Source: Desulfobacterales bacterium
GTDB taxonomy: Bacteria; Desulfobacterota; Desulfobacteria; Desulfobacterales; UBA2174
Direction: 5' to 3'
Assembly (NCBI GenBank): GCA_963668645.2
Contig: CAXXWC010000020.1
Location: 96,001-160,000 of the forward strand
DNA length: 64,000 nucleotides
The notes under the pieces were generated by a model. The model was not told where the DNA came from. It saw nothing but the letters and a program-made list of their open reading frames with translations, and searched no databases. The translations under genes and the position numbers were made by a program. Every line of letters starts with the position of its first letter. Position 1 is the stretch's first letter. Shown piece by piece: positions 60,720 through 64,000 of the stretch.

Positions 60720-62044
60720 ATGGCCTGTGCATCCGCAGAAAATAGAGTCACCCAAAGACCGCTTCCGCTGGTTGCCTTGGCCGGCAGCCTGGCGGCCGGC
60801 AGCGTGCCGGGGCAGCTCGTGATCCAGCTGACCGATCACTGCAACGCCCGCTGTCCCCAATGCGGGATGCGGGCCACGCAAACCTTTGCCCGCCATCGGC
60901 TGCCGTTGGACCGGGTACGGGCCATCCTGGACGCCGCCGCGGCCCGGGGCGTGGGCGCGGTCTCGTTTACCGGCGGCGAACCGTTTTTGTTTTTTGACGA
61001 TCTGGTGGACCTGATCGGTTATGCCGCCGGGCCGGGATTCCCATGATCCGCACCGGCACCAACGGGTTCTGGCTTCGGCCGGGAGCCGGCGGCGCAATTG
61101 CCGACCGGGTCGAGCGGATGGCCGCCCGCCTGGCCGCCACGCCCCTCAGGAACCTGTGGATCAGCATCGATTCGGCCGATGCGGCCACCCACGAGCGGAT
61201 GCGCGGATTTCCGGACTTGATCCGGGCCATCGAAAAGGCCCTGCCCATCTTTCATCGCTACGGAATCTATCCGTCGGCCAACCTGGGCCTCAACCGCAAC
61301 CTGGCCGGTCCCAAATTCACCGCCTGGCAAAATGACCAGGTCCATCGCGCCGGGGATCTGGACTATCTCGAGGCCTTTGGCGACGGGTACCGCCTGGCCC
61401 TGGAACGGTTCTACCGGTTCGTCGAGGCCCTGGGCTTTACCATGGTCAACACCTGCTACCCGATGAGCATGCCCGAAGGACCCGAAGGCCGGGGGCTCGA
61501 CCCGGTCTACGCCGCGGCGGCCGCCGATCGGGTGGTGCGCTTCGAGCAAACGGAAAAGGCGGTCCTTTTTGGCGTTCTTTCCGAGACCATCGCCGCCTGG
61601 CGCAGCCGACTGCGCATCTTCACCCCGCGCAGCGCCCTATACCATCTGCGACGGCAGTATGCCGGCGACGGCCCGGGCGGATACGCCTGCCGGGGCGGGG
61701 TCGATTTCTTCTTTGTCGATGCCCGCGACGGGCTGACATATCCTTGCGGGTACCGCGGCGGTGATTGCCTGGGCGAATTCGGCCGGCAACGGATCCTTCT
61801 TGCATGCACCGAATGCCGCCGCTGCGATTGGGAATGCTTCCGGGATCCGTCCGAACTGTTCGGCCCCCTGCTGGCCGCCCGCCGCCGGCCCCTGGAGCTG
61901 GTGGACCAGCTGCGCCGGGAGCCGGAGTTTTTCAGCCTGTGGCGTGGCGATCTGAACTATTACCGGGCCTGCGACTGGTTCGACGGGCGGCGGCCCCCCG
62001 ATTTTCAGCGCCTCAGACGCGCGGCCCGCCGGCCCGGTGCCTGA
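60720..62044 (+). CDS. Radical SAM protein with Cys-rich SPASM/twitch-like C-terminus, frameshifted at ~61028
   Basis: CNARCPQC, SFTGGEP; second frame IRTGTNG, WISIDS, CRGG..YPCGY, C..C..CDWEC. Confidence 0.82.
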
Positions 62045-62501
62045 TCCATTGAGCGGCGGATCCGCTCTGGCCGTCTACGGCTACGGCGCCCTTTTTTTCG
62101 GCACCATTATCGAGGGCGAAACCTTCCTGCTGGGTGCCGCCGTGCTGGCGGTGATGGGCTATCTGGACTGGCCCCAGGTGATCGTCTCAGCCTTTGCCGG
62201 TGCCTACCTCGGGGACCAGGTCTTTTTTCACCTCGGCCGGCTCGGCAGGGCGTTGCCGTTGAAACCCGCGCCGGTGTGGCAGCGGCGCCTGGAGCGGGCC
62301 AAACGCCTCCTGGACGGCCACCGGCTCAAGATCCTGATCGGGTACCGCTTCCTTTACGGGCTGCGCGCCGCCATTCCCTTTGCCATCGGCGCGTCGGGGT
62401 TCCGGGTGCCCTCGTTTATGATCCTTTCGGGCATCGGGGCCCTGGCCTGGGTGGCGGTCAACTGCCTGGCTGGAACGATTCTGGCTGCCTGCTGGCGTTA
62501 G
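62037..62501 (+). CDS. DedA family membrane protein
   Basis: YGY.ALF.G..IEGE, GAYLGDQ.FF.LGR, RFLYGLR..P..G. Confidence 0.88.
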   Translation: MPDPLSGGSALAVYGYGALFFGTIIEGETFLLGAAVLAVMGYLDWPQVIVSAFAGAYLGDQVFFHLGRLGRALPLKPAPVWQRRLERAKRLLDGHRLKILIGYRFLYGLRAAIPFAIGASGFRVPSFMILSGIGALAWVAVNCLAGTILAACWR

Positions 62502-62557
62502 GTGCGGCGGCCGGATTCAGGTGCCGAACAGCAGCCGGATAGAACAGCAGCAGGTTG

Positions 62558-62611
62558 CTAACCATGATCTAATTTCCCCCTCACCAAATCCTCAAACAGA
62601 CTCTATATAAA
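62558..62611 (+). promoter_or_regulatory. Four Pho-box-like pentamers at 11-bp period plus -10 element
   Basis: CTAAC(62558), CTAAT(62569), CTCAC(62580), CTCAA(62591), 10 nt, TATAAA. Confidence 0.65.
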
Positions 62612-62698
62612 CCCTGCTTCGGGCGATCCGGCTGCGGCCAATCGAGCCGATTGATCGTTTTGACAATCCATCAAAAACAAAAAAAGGAGAACTGTGGG

Positions 62699-63733
62699 AT
62701 GATGACCTTCATCAAGCAACGCGTTGTCCCGGCGCTGGTGCTCTTGGCGCTGATCTGGGCGGTGGCTCCGGCGGTGGTATCGGCCGGTGACCTGCTGGTC
62801 TACACGGCCCTGGAAGACGACGAAATTCCGCGCTATCTCGCCCTGCTCAAGCAGACCCATCCCGAGATCAACGTCAGGATCGTGCGCGATTCGACCGGGA
62901 TCGTGACCGCCAAGCTGCTGGCCGAAAAGGACAACCCCCAGGCGGACCTGGTCTGGGGTACGGCGGCCACCAGCCTGATGCTCTGCCAGCGCGCCGGAAT
63001 GGTGGAACCTTACGCCCCCAAGGGGCTGGAGCGGGTGCGGCCCAAGATGCGCGACGGGGCCGCAACGCCGGCCTGGGTTGGCATCAAGGCCTGGATGACC
63101 GGTTTTTGCGTCAATACCATCGAGACCAAGGCCCTCAACCTGCCGGTCCCCCACAGCTTCGCCGATCTGATCGACCCGACTTACAAAGGACAGCTCGCCA
63201 TGCCCAACCCCGCCTCCTCGGGCACCGGCTTTCTCACCGTTTCGGCCATTTTGCAGATGATGGGCGAAAAGAAGGGCTGGGCCTACCTCGACCAGCTTCA
63301 CGGCAATATCGCCCGTTACACCCACTCGGGCTCCAAGCCGTGCAAGCTGGCCGGCGCCGGAGAGCTGCCTATCGGCATCAGCTTCGCTTACCGCGGCTTC
63401 ATGCAGAAACAGAAAGGCGAGCCGGTGCTCACCGTCTTCCCCAAGGAAGGTTCGGGCTGGGACGTGGAGGCCAACTGCCTGATCAAGAAGGCCGGGATCA
63501 AGCCCGAAGCGCGCACCTTTCTGGACTGGGCCATCAGCGAACCGGTGATGAAGGAATACGCCAAGGTCTATCCGGTGACCGCCTATGCCACCGACGTGCC
63601 GATTCCGGAAGGCTTTCCGGCCGATCCGGAGGCCCAGTTGATCCAGAACGACTTTCAATGGGCGGCCCAGAACCGCGAGCGGATCCTGGCCGAATGGTCG
63701 CGGCGCTATGACACCAAGAGCGACCCCAAATAA
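62699..63733 (+). CDS. ABC transporter substrate-binding protein, putative 2-aminoethylphosphonate type
   Basis: Signal peptide, [52 protein letters not shown]. Confidence 0.8.
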   Translation: MMTFIKQRVVPALVLLALIWAVAPAVVSAGDLLVYTALEDDEIPRYLALLKQTHPEINVRIVRDSTGIVTAKLLAEKDNPQADLVWGTAATSLMLCQRAGMVEPYAPKGLERVRPKMRDGAATPAWVGIKAWMTGFCVNTIETKALNLPVPHSFADLIDPTYKGQLAMPNPASSGTGFLTVSAILQMMGEKKGWAYLDQLHGNIARYTHSGSKPCKLAGAGELPIGISFAYRGFMQKQKGEPVLTVFPKEGSGWDVEANCLIKKAGIKPEARTFLDWAISEPVMKEYAKVYPVTAYATDVPIPEGFPADPEAQLIQNDFQWAAQNRERILAEWSRRYDTKSDPK

Positions 63734-63754
63734 GCGCCGTTTTTCCGACAGCAT

Positions 63755-63784
63755 GCCGGATCCGCCGGCGACAGCGGATCCGGC
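63755..63784 (+). other. Intergenic stem-loop between SBP and ATPase genes
   Basis: GCCGGATCCGC-N8-GCGGATCCGGC. Confidence 0.6.
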
Positions 63785-63794
63785 CGGAGGTTCC

Positions 63795-64000
63795 ATGCCG
63801 TCTTTTGATCGCGCGGACGCCTACCTGCGCCTGGTCGAGGTGACCAAACGCTTCGGCGCCTTTACCGCCCTGGAAGATATCTCTTTCCAGGCGGCCCGGG
63901 GCGAGTTCATCACCATCCTCGGGCCTAGCGGCTGCGGCAAGACCACCCTGCTGCGGGTCATCGCCGGGCTGGAGCCCCAGACCCGGGGACGCGTCGAAAT
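63795..64000 (+). CDS. ABC transporter ATP-binding subunit (partial)
   Basis: [34 protein letters not shown]. Confidence 0.9.
   Translation, partial: MPSFDRADAYLRLVEVTKRFGAFTALEDISFQAARGEFITILGPSGCGKTTLLRVIAGLEPQTRGRVE

Noticed and set aside
61044..61046. Selenocysteine read-through at the TGA in the radical SAM gene
   Set aside because: The continuation is in a different frame, so this is a frameshift and not recoding.

Overview
High-GC bacterial chromosome segment, most consistent with a sulfate-reducing Desulfobacterota member (tetraheme cytochrome c3, rubredoxin, Desulfobacterales-type gene neighbourhoods; this is inference). Bases 1-51200 are mostly core genes: pqiB/pqiC-type pair, GDPD, tRNA nucleotidyltransferase, Na+/solute symporter, USP, rubredoxin, an arnBCADT L-Ara4N operon followed by its own OmpR-type two-component system, divergent hsp20 genes with lon-rlpA-gmhB-recD2, kamA-radical SAM-prmA, ftsEX-envC-ctpA-yibQ, pyrE, queD, dnaJ, nadB, Moco genes, pyrR, mltA, tat genes with a YcaO gene, cytochrome c3 and an OYE. 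Bases ~51300-64000 look like a phosphate-starvation island: PIN-PhoH, alkaline phosphatase, an internally deleted metK, a double zinc-ribbon protein, an EAL-GGDEF protein, a PHP-phosphoesterase/GT4 glycosyltransferase fusion, a radical SAM enzyme, DedA and a phosphonate-type ABC transporter. Six promoter regions in this island carry YTAAC-like pentamers repeated at 11-bp period (Pho-box-like). The best candidate for an undescribed system is this putative Pho-controlled, phosphorus-free membrane-lipid remodelling module. No rRNA, tRNA, CRISPR array or intact transposase was recognised. All assignments come from motif reading; no database searches were run.
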